The notes under the pieces: generated by a model
Databases searched by the model: none
What the model was told of the DNA's origin: nothing
Seen by the model: only the letters and a program-made list of their open reading frames with translations
Part shown: positions 12,668 through 27,451 of the stretch, piece after piece
How positions within the stretch are numbered: the first letter of the stretch is position 1
Layout of the letters: every line of letters begins with the position of its first letter
Made by a program: the position numbers and the translations under genes
Origin: Auanema rhodensis
Lineage: Eukaryota > Animalia > Nematoda
DNA length: 64,000 bases
NCBI GenBank assembly: GCA_964057225.1
Contig: CAXKVF010000073.1
Span: 744,001 to 808,000 of the forward strand
Direction of reading: 5' to 3'

Positions 12668-15600
12668 CACGTAAATTTCAAAGTCATGGTTACCATGAAC
12701 TAATATCAATAAAAATTTGTTTTTAGACTAATATGGACATGGGGAATCTAATTTTGAAAACCGCATCTCTTTATCTTTCACGTGAAGCGAGTTACATACC
12801 AAGTGCACATCACGTGTAGATTTAATTAGCATAAATTAAAGTTCACGTAAATTTCAAAGTCATGGTTACCATGAACCAATATCAATAAAAATTTGTTTTT
12901 AGACTAATATGGACATGGGGAATCTAATTTTGAAAACCGCATCTCTTCATCTTTCACGTGAAGCGAGTTACATACCAAGTGCACATCACGTGTACATTTA
13001 ATTAGCATAAATTAAAGTTCACGTAAATTTCAAAGTCATGGTTACCATGCACCAATATCAATAAAAATTTGTTTTTAAACTAATATGGACATGGGGAATC
13101 TAATTTTGAAAACCGCATCTCTTTTTCTTTCACGTGAAGCGAGTTACATACCAAGTGCACATCACGTGTACATTTAATTAGCATAAATTAAAGTTCACGT
13201 AAATTTCAAAGTCATGGTTACCATGCACCAATATCAATCAAAATTTGTTTTTAGACTAATATGGACATGGGGAATCTAATTTTGAAAACCGCATCTCTTT
13301 ATCTTTCACGTGAAGCGAGTTACATACCAAGTGCACATCACGTGTACATTTAATTAGCATAAATTAAAGTTCACGTAAATTTCAAAGTCATGGTTACCAT
13401 GAAGCAATATCAATAAAAATTTGTTTTTAGACTAATATGGACATGGGGAATCTAATTTTGAAAACCGCATCTCTTCATCTTTCACGTGAAGCGAGTTACA
13501 TACCAAGTGCACATCACGTGTACATTTAATTAGCATAAATTAAAGTTCACGTAAATTTCAAAGTCATGGTTACCATGAACTAATATTAATAAAAATTTGT
13601 TTTTAGACTAATATGGACATGGGGAATCTAATTTTGAAAACCGCATCTCTTTATCTTTCACGTGAAGCGAGTTACATACCAAGTGCACATCACGTGTACA
13701 TTTAATTAGCATAAATTAAAGTTCACGTAAATTTCAAAGTCATGGTTACCATGAACTAATATCAATAAAAATTTGTTTTTAGACTAATATGGACATGGGG
13801 AATCTAATTTTGAAAACCGCATCTCTTTATCTTTCACGTGAAGCGAGTTACATACCAAGTGCACATCACGTGTACATTTAATTAGCATAAATTAAAGTTC
13901 ACGTAAATTTCAAAGTCATGGTTACCATGAACTAATATCAATAAAAATTTGTTTTTAGACTAATATGGACATGGGGAATCTAATTTTGAAAACCGCATCT
14001 CTTTATCTTTCACGTGAAGCGAGTTACATACCAAGTGCACATCACGTGTACATTTAATTAGCATAAATTAAAGTTCACGTAAATTTCAAAGTCATGGTTA
14101 CCATGAACCAATATCAATAAAAATTTGTTTTTAGACTAATATGGACATGGGGAATCTAATTTTGAAAACCGCATCTCTTTATCTTTCACGTGAAGCGAGT
14201 TACATACCAAGTGCACATCACGTGTACATTTAATTAGCATAAATTAAAGTTCACGTAAATTTCAAAGTCATGGTTACCATGCACCAATATCAATAAAAAT
14301 TTGTTTTTAGACTAATATGGACATGGGGAATCTAATTTTGAAAACCGCATCTCTTTATCTTTCACGTGAAGCGAGTTACATACCAAGTGCACATCACGTG
14401 TACATTTAATTAGCATAAATTAAAGTTCACGTAAATTTCAAAGTCATGGTTACCATGAACCAATATCAATAAAAATTTGTTTTTAGACTAATATGGACAT
14501 GGGGAATCTAATTTTGAAAACCGCATCTCTTCATCTTTCACGTGAAGCGAGTTACATACCAAGTGCACATCACGTGTACATTTAATTAGCATAAATTAAA
14601 GTTCACGTAAATTTCAAAGTCATGGTTACCATGCACCAATATCAATAAAAATTTGTTTTTAGACTAATATGGACATGGGGAATCTAATTTTGAAAACCGC
14701 ATCTCTTCATCTTTCACGTGAAGCGAGTTACATACCAAGTGCACATCACGTGTACATTTAATTAGCATAAATTAAAGTTCACGTAAATTTCAAAGTCATG
14801 GTTACCATGAACCAATATCAATAAAAATTTGTTTTTAGACTAATATGGACATGGGGAATCTAATTTTGAAAACCGCATCTCTTCATCTTTCACGTGAAGC
14901 GAGTTACATACCAAGTGCACATCACGTGTACATTTAATTAGCATAAATTAAAGTTCACGTAAATTTCAAAGTCATGGTTACCATGCACCAATATCAATAA
15001 AAATTTGTTTTTAGACTAATATGGACATAGGGAATCTTATTTTGAAAACCGCATCTCTTTTTCTTTCACGTGAAGCGAGTTACATACCAAGTGCACATCA
15101 CGTGTACATTTAATTAGCATAAATTAAAGTTCACGTAAATTTCAAAGTCATGGTTACCATGCACCAATATCAATCAAAATTTGTTTTTGGACTAATATGG
15201 ACATGGGGAATCTAATTTTGAAAACCGCATCTCTTTATCTTTCACGTGAAGCGAGTTACATACCAAGTGCACATCACGTGTACATTTAATTAGCATAAAT
15301 TAAAGTTCACGTAAATTTCAAAGTCATGGTTACCATGAAGCAATATCAATAAAAATTTGTTTTTAGACTAATATGGACATGGGGAATCTAATTTTGAAAA
15401 CCGCATCTCTTTATCTTTCACGTGAAGCGAGTTACATACCAAGTGCACATCACGTGTACAATTAATTAGCATAAATTAAAGTTCACGTAAATTTCAAAGT
15501 CATGGTTACCATGAAGCAATATCAATAAAAATTTGTTTTTAGACTAATATGGACATGGGGAATCTAATTTTGAAAACCGCATCTCTTTATCTTTCACGTG

Positions 15601-17595
15601 AAGCGAGTTACATACCAAGTGCACATCACGTGTACATTTAATTAGCATAAATTAAAGTTCACGTAAATTTCAAAGTCATGGTTACCATGAAGCAATATCA
15701 ATAAAAATTTGTTTTTAGACTAATATGGACATGGGGAATCTAATTTTGAAAACCACATCTCTTTATCTTTCACGTGAAGCGAGTTACATACCAAGTGCAC
15801 ATCACGTGTACATTTAATTAGCATAAATTAAAGTTCACGTAAATTTCAAAGTCATGGTTACCATGAACCAATATCAATAAAAATTTGTTTTTAGACTAAT
15901 ATGGACATGGGGAATCTAATTTTGAAAACCGCATCTCTTTATCTTTCACGTGAAGCGAGTTACATACCAAGTGCACATCACGTGTACATTTAATTAGCAT
16001 AAATTAAAGTTCACGTAAATTTCAAAGTCATGGTTACCATGAACCAATATCAATAAAAATTTGTTTTTAGACTAATATGGACATGGGGAATCTAATTTTG
16101 AAAACCGCATCTCTTTATCTTTCACGTGAAGCGAGTTACATACCAAGTGCACATCACGTGTACATTTAATTAGCATAAATTAATGTTCACGTAAATTTCA
16201 AAGTCATGGTTACCATGAAGCAATATCAATAAAAATTTGTTTTTAGACTAATATGGACATGGGGAATCTAATTTTGAAAACCGCATCTCTTTATCTTTCA
16301 CGTGAAGCGAGTTACATACCAAGTGCACATCACGTGTACATTTAATTAGCATAAATTAAAGTTCACGTAAATTTCAAAGTCATGGTTACCATGAACCAAT
16401 ATCAATAAAAATTTGTTTTTAGACTAATATGGACATGGGGAATCTAATTTTGAAAACCGCATCTCTTCATCTTTCACGTGAAGCGAGTTACATACCAAGT
16501 GCACATCACGTGTACATTTAATTAGCATAAATTAAAGTTCACGTAAATTTCAAAGTCATGGTTACCATGCACCAATATCAATAAAAATTTGTTTTTAGAC
16601 TAATATGGACATGGGGAATCTAATTTTGAAAACCGCATCTCTTTTTCTTTCACGTGAAGCGAGTTACATACCAAGTGCACATCACGTGTACATTTAATTA
16701 GCATAAATTAAAGTTCACGTAAATTTCAAAGTCATGGTTACCATGCACCAATATCAATCAAAATTTGTTTTTAGACTAATATGGACATGGGGAATCTAAT
16801 TTTGAAAACCGCATCTCTTTATCTTTCACGTGAAGCGAGTTACATACCAAGTGCACATCACGTGTACAATTAATTAGCATAAATTAAAGTTCACGTAAAT
16901 TTCAAAGTCATGGTTACCATGAACCAATATCAATAAAAATTTGTTTTTAGACTAATATGGACATGGGGAATCTAATTTTGAAAACCGCATCTCTTTATCT
17001 TTCACGTGAAGCGAGTTACATACCAAGTGCACATCACGTTTACATTTAATTAGCATAAATTAAAGTTCACGTAAATTTCAAAGTCATGGTTACCATGAAG
17101 CAATATCAATAAAAATTTGTTTTTAGACTAATATGGACATGGGGAATCTAATTTTGAAAACCACATCTCTTTATCTTTCACGTGAAGCGAGTTACATACC
17201 AAGTGCACATCACGTGTACATTTAATTAGCATAAATTAAAGTTCACGTAAATTTCAAAGTCATGGTTACCATGAACCAATATCAATAAAAATTTGTTTTT
17301 AGACTAATATGGACATGGGGAATCTAATTTTGAAAACCGCATCTCTTTATCTTTCACGTGAAGCGAGTTACATACCAAGTGCACATCACGTGTACAATTA
17401 ATTAGCATAAATTAAAGTTCACGTAAATTTCAAAGTCATGGTTACCATGAAGCAATATCAATAAAAATTTGTTTTTAGACTAATATGGACATGGGGAATC
17501 TAATTTTGAAAACCGCATCTCTTTATCTTTCACGTGAAGCGAGTTACATACCAAGTGCACATCACGTTTACATTTAATTAGCATAAATTAAAGTT

Positions 17596-20500
17596 CACGT
17601 AAATTTCAAAGTCATGGTTACCATGAAGCAATATCAATAAAAATTTGTTTTTAGACTAATATGGACATGGGGAATCTAATTTTGAAAACCGCATCTCTTT
17701 ATCTTTCACGTGAAGCGAGTTACATACCAAGTGCACATCACGTTTACATTTAATTAGCATAAATTAAAGTTCACGTAAATTTCAAAGTCATGGTTACCAT
17801 GAAGCAATATCAATAAAAATTTGTTTTTAGACTAATATGGACATGGGGAATCTAATTTTGAAAACCACATCTCTTTATCTTTCACGTGAAGCGAGTTACA
17901 TACCAAGTGCACATCACGTGTACATTTAATTAGCATAAATTAAAGTTCACGTAAATTTCAAAGTCATGGTTACCATGAACCAATATCAATAAAAATTTGT
18001 TTTTAGACTAATATGGACATGGGGAATCTAATTTTGAAAACCGCATCTCTTTATCTTTCACGTGAAGCGAGTTACATACCAAGTGCACATCACGTGTACA
18101 TTTAATTAGCATAAATTAAAGTTCACGTAAATTTCAAAGTCATGGTTACCATGAACTAATATCAATAAAAATTTGTTTTTAGACTAATATGGACATGGGG
18201 AATCTAATTTTGAAAACCGCATCTCTTTATCTTTCACGTGAAGCGAGTTACATACCAAGTGCACATCACGTGTACATTTAATTAGCATAAATTAAAGTTC
18301 ACGTAAATTTCAAAGTCATGGTTACCATGAACTAATATCAATAAAAATTTGTTTTTAGACTAATATGGACATGGGGAATCTAATTTTGAAAACCGCATCT
18401 CTTTATCTTTCACGTGAAGCGAGTTACATACCAAGTGCACATCACGTGTACATTTAATTAGCATAAATTAAAGTTCACGTAAATTTCAAAGTCATGGTTA
18501 CCATGAACTAATATCAATAAAAATTTGTTTTTAGACTAATATGGACATGGGGAATCTAATTTTGAAAACCGCATCTCTTTATCTTTCACGTGAAGCGAGT
18601 TACATACCAAGTGCACATCACGTGTACATTTAATTAGCATAAATTAAAGTTCACGTAAATTTCAAAGTCATGGTTACCATGAACCAATATCAATAAAAAT
18701 TTGTTTTTAGACTAATATGGACATGGGGAATCTAATTTTGAAAACCGCATCTCTTTATCTTTCACGTGAAGCGAGTTACATACCAAGTGCACATCACGTT
18801 TACATTTAATTAGCATAAATTAAAGTTCACGTAATTTTCAAAGTCATGGTTACCATGCACCAATATCAATAAAAATTTGTTTTTAGACTAATATGGACAT
18901 GGGGAATCTAATTTTGAAAACCGCATCTCTTTATCTTTCACGTGAAGCGAGTTACATACCAAGTGCACATCACGTGTACATTTAATTAGCATAAATTAAA
19001 GTTCACGTAAATTTCAAAGTCATGGTTACCATGAACCAATATCAATAAAAATTTGTTTTTAGACTAATATGGACATGGGGAATCTAATTTTGAAAACCAC
19101 ATCTCTTTATCTTTCACGTGAAGCGAGTTACATACCAAGTGCACATCACGTGTACATTTAATTAGCATAAATTAAAGTTCACGTAAATTTCAAAGTCATG
19201 GTTACCATGCACCAATATCAATAAAAATTTGTTTTTAGACTAATATGGACATGGGGAATCTAATTTTGAAAACCGCATCTCTTTATCTTTCACGTGAAGC
19301 GAGTTACATACCAAGTGCACATCACGTGTACATTTAATTAGCATAAATTAAAGTTCACGTAAATTTCAAAGTCATGGTTACCATGAACCAATATCAATAA
19401 AAATTTGTTTTTCGACTAATATGGACATGGGGAATCTAATTTTGAAAACCGCATCTCTTCATCTTTCACGTGAAGCGAGTTACATACCAAGTGCACATCA
19501 CGTGTACATTTAATTAGCATAAATTAAAGTTCACGTAAATTTCAAAGTCATGGTTACCATGCACCAATATCAATAAAAATTTGTTTTTAGACTAATATGG
19601 ACATGGGGAATCTAATTTTGAAAACCGCATCTCTTCATCTTTCACGTGAAGCGAGTTACATACCAAGTGCACATCACGTGTACATTTAATTAGCATAAAT
19701 TAAAGTTCACGTAAATTTCAAAGTCATGGTTACCATGAACCAATATCAATAAAAACTTGTTTTTAGACTAATATGGACATGGGGAATCTAATTTTGAAAA
19801 CCGCATCTCTTCATCTTTCACGTGAAGCGAGTTACATACCAAGTGCACATCACGTGTACATTTAATTAGCATAAATTAAAGTTCACGTAAATTTCAAAGT
19901 CATGGTTACCATGCACCAATATCAATAAAAATTTGTTTTTAGACTAATATGGACATGGGGAATCTAATTTTGAAAACCGCATCTCTTTTTCTTTCACGTG
20001 AAGCGAGTTACATACCAAGTGCACATCACGTCTACATTTAATTAGCATAAATTAAAGTTCACGTAAATTTCAAAGTCATGGTTACCATGCACCAATATCA
20101 ATCAAAATTTGTTTTTAGACTAATATGGACATGGGGAATCTAATTTTGAAAACCGCATCTCTTTATCTTTCACGTGAAGCGAGTTACATACCAAGTGCAC
20201 ATCACGTGTACAATTAATTAGCATAAATTAAAGTTCACGTAAATTTCAAAGTCATGGTTACCATGAAGCAATATCAATAAAAATTTGTTTTTAGACTAAT
20301 ATGGACATGGGGAATCTAATTTTGAAAACCGCATCTCTTTATCTTTCACGTGAAGCGAGTTACATACCAAGTGCACATCACGTGTACATTTAATTAGCAT
20401 AAATTAAAGTTCACGTAAATTTCAAAGTCATGGTTACCATGAAGCAATATCAATAACAATTGGTTTTTAGACTAATATGGACATGGGGAATCTAATTTTG

Positions 20501-23500
20501 AAAACCACATCTCTTTATCTTTCACGTGAAGCGAGTTACATACCAAGTGCACATCACGTGTACATTTAATTAGCATAAATTAAAGTTCACGTAAATTTCA
20601 AAGTCATGGTTACCATGAAAAAATATCAATAAAAATTTGTTTTTAGACTAATATGGACATGGGGAATCTAATTTTGAAAACCGCATCTCTTTATCTTTCA
20701 CGTGAAGCGAGTTACATACCAAGTGCACATCACGTGTACATTTAATTAGCATAAATTAAAGTTCACGTAAATTTCAAAGTCATGGTTACCATGAACTAAT
20801 ATCAATAAAAATTTGTTTTTAGACTAATATGGACATGGGGAATCTAATTTTGAAAACCGCATCTCTTTATCTTTCACGTGAAGCGAGTTACATACCAAGT
20901 GCACATCACGTGTACATTTAATTAGCATAAATTAAAGTTCACGTAAATTTCAAAGTCATGGTTACCATGAACCAATATCAATAAAAATTTGTTTTTAGAC
21001 TAATATGGACATGGGGAATCTAATTTTGAAAACCGCATCTCTTTATCTTTCACGTGAAGCGAGTTACATACCAAGTGCACATCACGTGTACATTTAATTA
21101 GCATAAATTAAAGTTCACGTAAATTTCAAAGTCATGGTTACCATGAACCAATATCAATAAAAATTTGTTTTTAGACTAATATGGACATGGGGAATCTAAT
21201 TTTGAAAACCACATCTCTTTATCTTTCACGTGAAGCGAGTTACATACCAAGTGCACATCACGTGTACATTTAATTAGCATAAATTAAAGTTCACGTAAAT
21301 TTCAAAGTCATGGTTACCATGAACCAATATCAATAAAAATTTGTTTTTAGACTAATATGGACATGGGGAATCTAATTTTGAAAACCGCATCTCTTTATCT
21401 TTCACGTGAAGCGAGTTACATACCAAGTGCACATCACGTGTACATTTAATTAGCATAAATTAAAGTTCACGTAAATTTCAAAGTCATGGTTACCATGAAC
21501 TAATATCAATAAAAATTTGTTTTTAGACTAATATGGACATGGGGAATCTAATTTTGAAAACCGCATCTCTTTATCTTTCACGTGAAGCGAGTTACATACC
21601 AAGTGCACATCACGTGTACATTTAATTAGCATAAATTAAAGTTCACGTAAATTTCAAAGTCATGGTTACCATGCACCAATATCAATAAAAATTTGTTTTT
21701 AGACTAATATGGACATGTGGAATCTAATTTTGAAAACCGCATCTCTTTATCTTTCACGTGAAGCGAGTTACATACCAAGTGCACATCACGTGTACATTTA
21801 ATTAGCATAAATTAAAGTTCACGTAAATTTCAAAGTCATGGTTACCATGAACCAATATCAATAAAAATTTGTTTTTAGACTAATATGGACATGGGGAATC
21901 TAATTTTGAAAACCGCATCTCTTCATCTTTCACGTGAAGCGAGTTACATACCAAGTGCACATCACGTGTACATTTAATTAGCATAAATTAAAGTTCACGT
22001 AAATTTCAAAGTCATGGTTACCATGCACCAATATCAATAAAAATTTGTTTTTAGACTAATATGGACATGGGGAATCTAATTTTGAAAACCGCATCTCTTT
22101 TTCTTTCACGTGAAGCGAGTTACATACCAAGTGCACATCACGTGTACATTTAATTAGCATAAATTAAAGTTCACGTAAATTTCAAAGTCATGGTTACCAT
22201 GCACCAATATCAATCAAAATTTGTTTTTAGACTAATATGGACATGGGGAATCTAATTTTGAAAACCGCATCTCTTTATCTTTCACGTGAAGCGAGTTACA
22301 TACCAAGTGCACATCACGTGTACAATTAATTAGCATAAATTAAAGTTCACGTAAATTTCAAAGTCATGGTTACCATGAAGCAATATCAATAAAAATTTGT
22401 TTTTAGACTAATATGGACATGGGGAATCTAATTTTGAAAACCGCATCTCTTTATCTTTCACGTGAAGCGAGTTACATACCAAGTGCACATCACGTTTACA
22501 TTTAATTAGCATAAATTAAAGTTCACGTAAATTTCAAAGTCATGGTTACCATGAAGCAATATCAATAAAAATTTGTTTTTAGACTAATATGGACATGGGG
22601 AATCTAATTTTGAAAACCACATCTCTTTATCTTTCACGTGAAGCGAGTTACATACCAAGTGCACATCACGTGTACATTTAATTAGCATAAATTAAAGTTC
22701 ACGTAAATTTCAAAGTCATGGTTACCATGAACCAATATCAATAAAAATTTGTTTTTAGACTAATATGGACATGGGGAATCTAATTTTGAAAACCGCATCT
22801 CTTTATCTTTCACGTGAAGCGAGTTACATACCAAGTGCACATCACGTGTACATTTAATTAGCATAAATTAAAGTTCACGTAAATTTCAAAGTCATGGTTA
22901 CCATGAACTAATATCAATAAAAATTTGTTTTTAGACTAATATGGACATGGGGAATCTAATTTTGAAAACCGCATCTCTTTATCTTTCACGTGAAGCGAGT
23001 TACATACCAAGTGCACATCACGTGTACATTTAATTAGCATAAATTAAAGTTCACGTAAATTTCAAAGTCATGGTTACCATGAACTAATATCAATAAAAAT
23101 TTGTTTTTAGACTAATATGGACATGGGGAATCTAATTTTGAAAACCGCATCTCTTTATCTTTCACGTGAAGCGAGTTACATACCAAGTGCACATCACGTG
23201 TACATTTAATTAGCATAAATTAAAGTTCACGTAAATTTCAAAGTCATGGTTACCATGAACCAATATCAATAAAAATTTGTTTTTAGACTAATATGGACAT
23301 GGGGAATCTAATTTTGAAAACCGCATCTCTTTATCTTTCACGTGAAGCGAGTTACATACCAAGTGCACATCACGTGTACAATTAATTAGCATAAATTAAA
23401 GTTCACGTAAATTTCAAAGTCATGGTTACCATGAAGCAATATCAATAAAAATTTGTTTTTATACTAATATGGACATGGGGAATCTAATTTTGAAAACCGC

Positions 23501-26395
23501 ATCTCTTTATCTTTCACGTGAAGCGAGTTACATACCAAGTGCACATCACGTTTACATTTAATTAGCATAAATTAAAGTTCACGTAATTTTCAAAGTCATG
23601 GTTACCATGCACCAATATCAATAAAAATTTGTTTTTAGACTAATATGGACATGGGGAATCTAATTTTGAAAACCGCATCTCTTTATCTTTCACGTGAAGC
23701 GAGTTACATACCAAGTGCACATCACGTGTACATTTAATTAGCATAAATTAAAGTTCACGTAAATTTCAAAGTCATGGTTACCATGAACCAATATCAATAA
23801 AAATTTGTTTTTAGACTAATATGGACATGGGGAATCTAATTTTGAAAACCACATCTCTTTATCTTTCACGTGAAGCGAGTTACATACCAAGTGCACATCA
23901 CGTGTACATTTAATTAGCATAAATTAAAGTTCACGTAAATTTCAAAGTCATGGTTACCATGCACCAATATCAATAAAAATTTGTTTTTAGACTAATATGG
24001 ACATGGGGAATCTAATTTTGAAAACCGCATCTCTTTATCTTTCACGTGAAGCGAGTTACATACCAAGTGCACATCACGTGTACATTTAATTAGCATAAAT
24101 TAAAGTTCACGTAAATTTCAAAGTCATGGTTACCATGAACCAATATCAATAAAAATTTGTTTTTCGACTAATATGGACATGGGGAATCTAATTTTGAAAA
24201 CCGCATCTCTTCATCTTTCACGTGAAGCGAGTTACATACCAAGTGCACATCACGTGTACATTTAATTAGCATAAATTAAAGTTCACGTAAATTTCAAAGT
24301 CATGGTTACCATGCACCAATATCAATAAAAATTTGTTTTTAGACTAATATGGACATGGGGAATCTAATTTTGAAAACCGCATCTCTTCATCTTTCACGTG
24401 AAGCGAGTTACATACCAAGTGCACATCACGTGTACATTTAATTAGCATAAATTAAAGTTCACGTAAATTTCAAAGTCATGGTTACCATGAACCAATATCA
24501 ATAAAAACTTGTTTTTAGACTAATATGGACATGGGGAATCTAATTTTGAAAACCGCATCTCTTCATCTTTCACGTGAAGCGAGTTACATACCAAGTGCAC
24601 ATCACGTGTACATTTAATTAGCATAAATTAAAGTTCACGTAAATTTCAAAGTCATGGTTACCATGCACCAATATCAATAAAAATTTGTTTTTAGACTAAT
24701 ATGGACATGGGGAATCTAATTTTGAAAACCGCATCTCTTTTTCTTTCACGTGAAGCGAGTTACATACCAAGTGCACATCACGTCTACATTTAATTAGCAT
24801 AAATTAAAGTTCACGTAAATTTCAAAGTCATGGTTACCATGCACCAATATCAATCAAAATTTGTTTTTAGACTAATATGGACATGGGGAATCTAATTTTG
24901 AAAACCGCATCTCTTTATCTTTCACGTGAAGCGAGTTACATACCAAGTGCACATCACGTGTACAATTAATTAGCATAAATTAAAGTTCACGTAAATTTCA
25001 AAGTCATGGTTACCATGAAGCAATATCAATAAAAATTTGTTTTTAGACTAATATGGACATGGGGAATCTAATTTTGAAAACCGCATCTCTTTATCTTTCA
25101 CGTGAAGCGAGTTACATACCAAGTGCACATCACGTGTACATTTAATTAGCATAAATTAAAGTTCACGTAAATTTCAAAGTCATGGTTACCATGAAGCAAT
25201 ATCAATAACAATTGGTTTTTAGACTAATATGGACATGGGGAATCTAATTTTGAAAACCACATCTCTTTATCTTTCACGTGAAGCGAGTTACATACCAAGT
25301 GCACATCACGTGTACATTTAATTAGCATAAATTAAAGTTCACGTAAATTTCAAAGTCATGGTTACCATGAAAAAATATCAATAAAAATTTGTTTTTAGAC
25401 TAATATGGACATGGGGAATCTAATTTTGAAAACCGCATCTCTTTATCTTTCACGTGAAGCGAGTTACATACCAAGTGCACATCACGTGTACATTTAATTA
25501 GCATAAATTAAAGTTCACGTAAATTTCAAAGTCATGGTTACCATGAACTAATATCAATAAAAATTTGTTTTTAGACTAATATGGACATGGGGAATCTAAT
25601 TTTGAAAACCGCATCTCTTTATCTTTCACGTGAAGCGAGTTACATACCAAGTGCACATCACGTGTACATTTAATTAGCATAAATTAAAGTTCACGTAAAT
25701 TTCAAAGTCATGGTTACCATGAACCAATATCAATAAAAATTTGTTTTTAGACTAATATGGACATGGGGAATCTAATTTTGAAAACCGCATCTCTTTATCT
25801 TTCACGTGAAGCGAGTTACATACCAAGTGCACATCACGTGTACATTTAATTAGCATAAATTAAAGTTCACGTAAATTTCAAAGTCATGGTTACCATGAAC
25901 CAATATCAATAAAAATTTGTTTTTAGACTAATATGGACATGGGGAATCTAATTTTGAAAACCACATCTCTTTATCTTTCACGTGAAGCGAGTTACATACC
26001 AAGTGCACATCACGTGTACATTTAATTAGCATAAATTAAAGTTCACGTAAATTTCAAAGTCATGGTTACCATGAACCAATATCAATAAAAATTTGTTTTT
26101 AGACTAATATGGACATGGGGAATCTAATTTTGAAAACCGCATCTCTTTATCTTTCACGTGAAGCGAGTTACATACCAAGTGCACATCACGTGTACATTTA
26201 ATTAGCATAAATTAAAGTTCACGTAAATTTCAAAGTCATGGTTACCATGAACTAATATCAATAAAAATTTGTTTTTAGACTAATATGGACATGGGGAATC
26301 TAATTTTGAAAACCGCATCTCTTTATCTTTCACGTGAAGCGAGTTACATACCAAGTGCACATCACGTGTACATTTAATTAGCATAAATTAAAGTT
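17596..26395. repeat. Higher-order duplication with 27-monomer (4752-bp) offset (17596-21643 vs 22348-26395)
   Basis: Rare markers all offset by exactly 4752: A8T 18835/23587, A58C 19413/24165, T49C 19756/24508, G149C 20032/24784, A46C+T51G 20457/25209, and the AAAA allele at positions 31-34 in monomers 20588/25340. Confidence 0.93.
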
Positions 26396-27451
26396 CACGT
26401 AAATTTCAAAGTCATGGTTACCATGAACTAATATCAATAAAAATTTGTTTTTAGACTAATATGGACATGGGGAATCTAATTTTGAAAACCGCATCTCTTT
26501 ATCTTTCACGTGAAGCGAGTTACATACCAAGTGCACATCACGTGTACATTTAATTAGCATAAATTAAAGTTCACGTAAATTTCAAAGTCATGGTTACCAT
26601 GCACCAATATCAATAAAAATTTGTTTTTAGACTAATATGGACATGGGGAATCTAATTTTGAAAACCGCATCTCTTTATCTTTCACGTGAAGCGAGTTACA
26701 TACCAAGTGCACATCACGTGTACATTTAATTAGCATAAATTAAAGTTCACGTAAATTTCAAAGTCATGGTTACCATGAACCAATATCAATAAAAATTTGT
26801 TTTTAGACTAATATGGACATGGGGAATCTAATTTTGAAAACCACATCTCTTTATCTTTCACGTGAAGCGAGTTACATACCAAGTGCACATCACGTGTACA
26901 TTTAATTAGCATAAATTAAAGTTCACGTAAATTTCAAAGTCATGGTTACCATGAACCAATATCAATAAAAATTTGTTTTTAGACTAATATGGACATGGGG
27001 AATCTAATTTTGAAAACCGCATCTCTTTATCTTTCACGTGAAGCGAGTTACATACCAAGTGCACATCACGTGTACATTTAATTAGCATAAATTAAAGTTC
27101 ACGTAAATTTCAAAGTCATGGTTACCATGAACTAATATCAATAAAAATTTGTTTTTAGACTAATATGGACATGGGGAATCTAATTTTGAAAACCGCATCT
27201 CTTTATCTTTCACGTGAAGCGAGTTACATACCAAGTGCACATCACGTGTACATTTAATTAGCATAAATTAAAGTTCACGTAAATTTCAAAGTCATGGTTA
27301 CCATGAACCAATATCAATAAAAATTTGTTTTTAGACTAATATGGACATGGGGAATCTAATTTTGAAAACCGCATCTCTTCATCTTTCACGTGAAGCGAGT
27401 TACATACCAAGTGCACATCACGTGTACATTTAATTAGCATAAATTAAAGTT

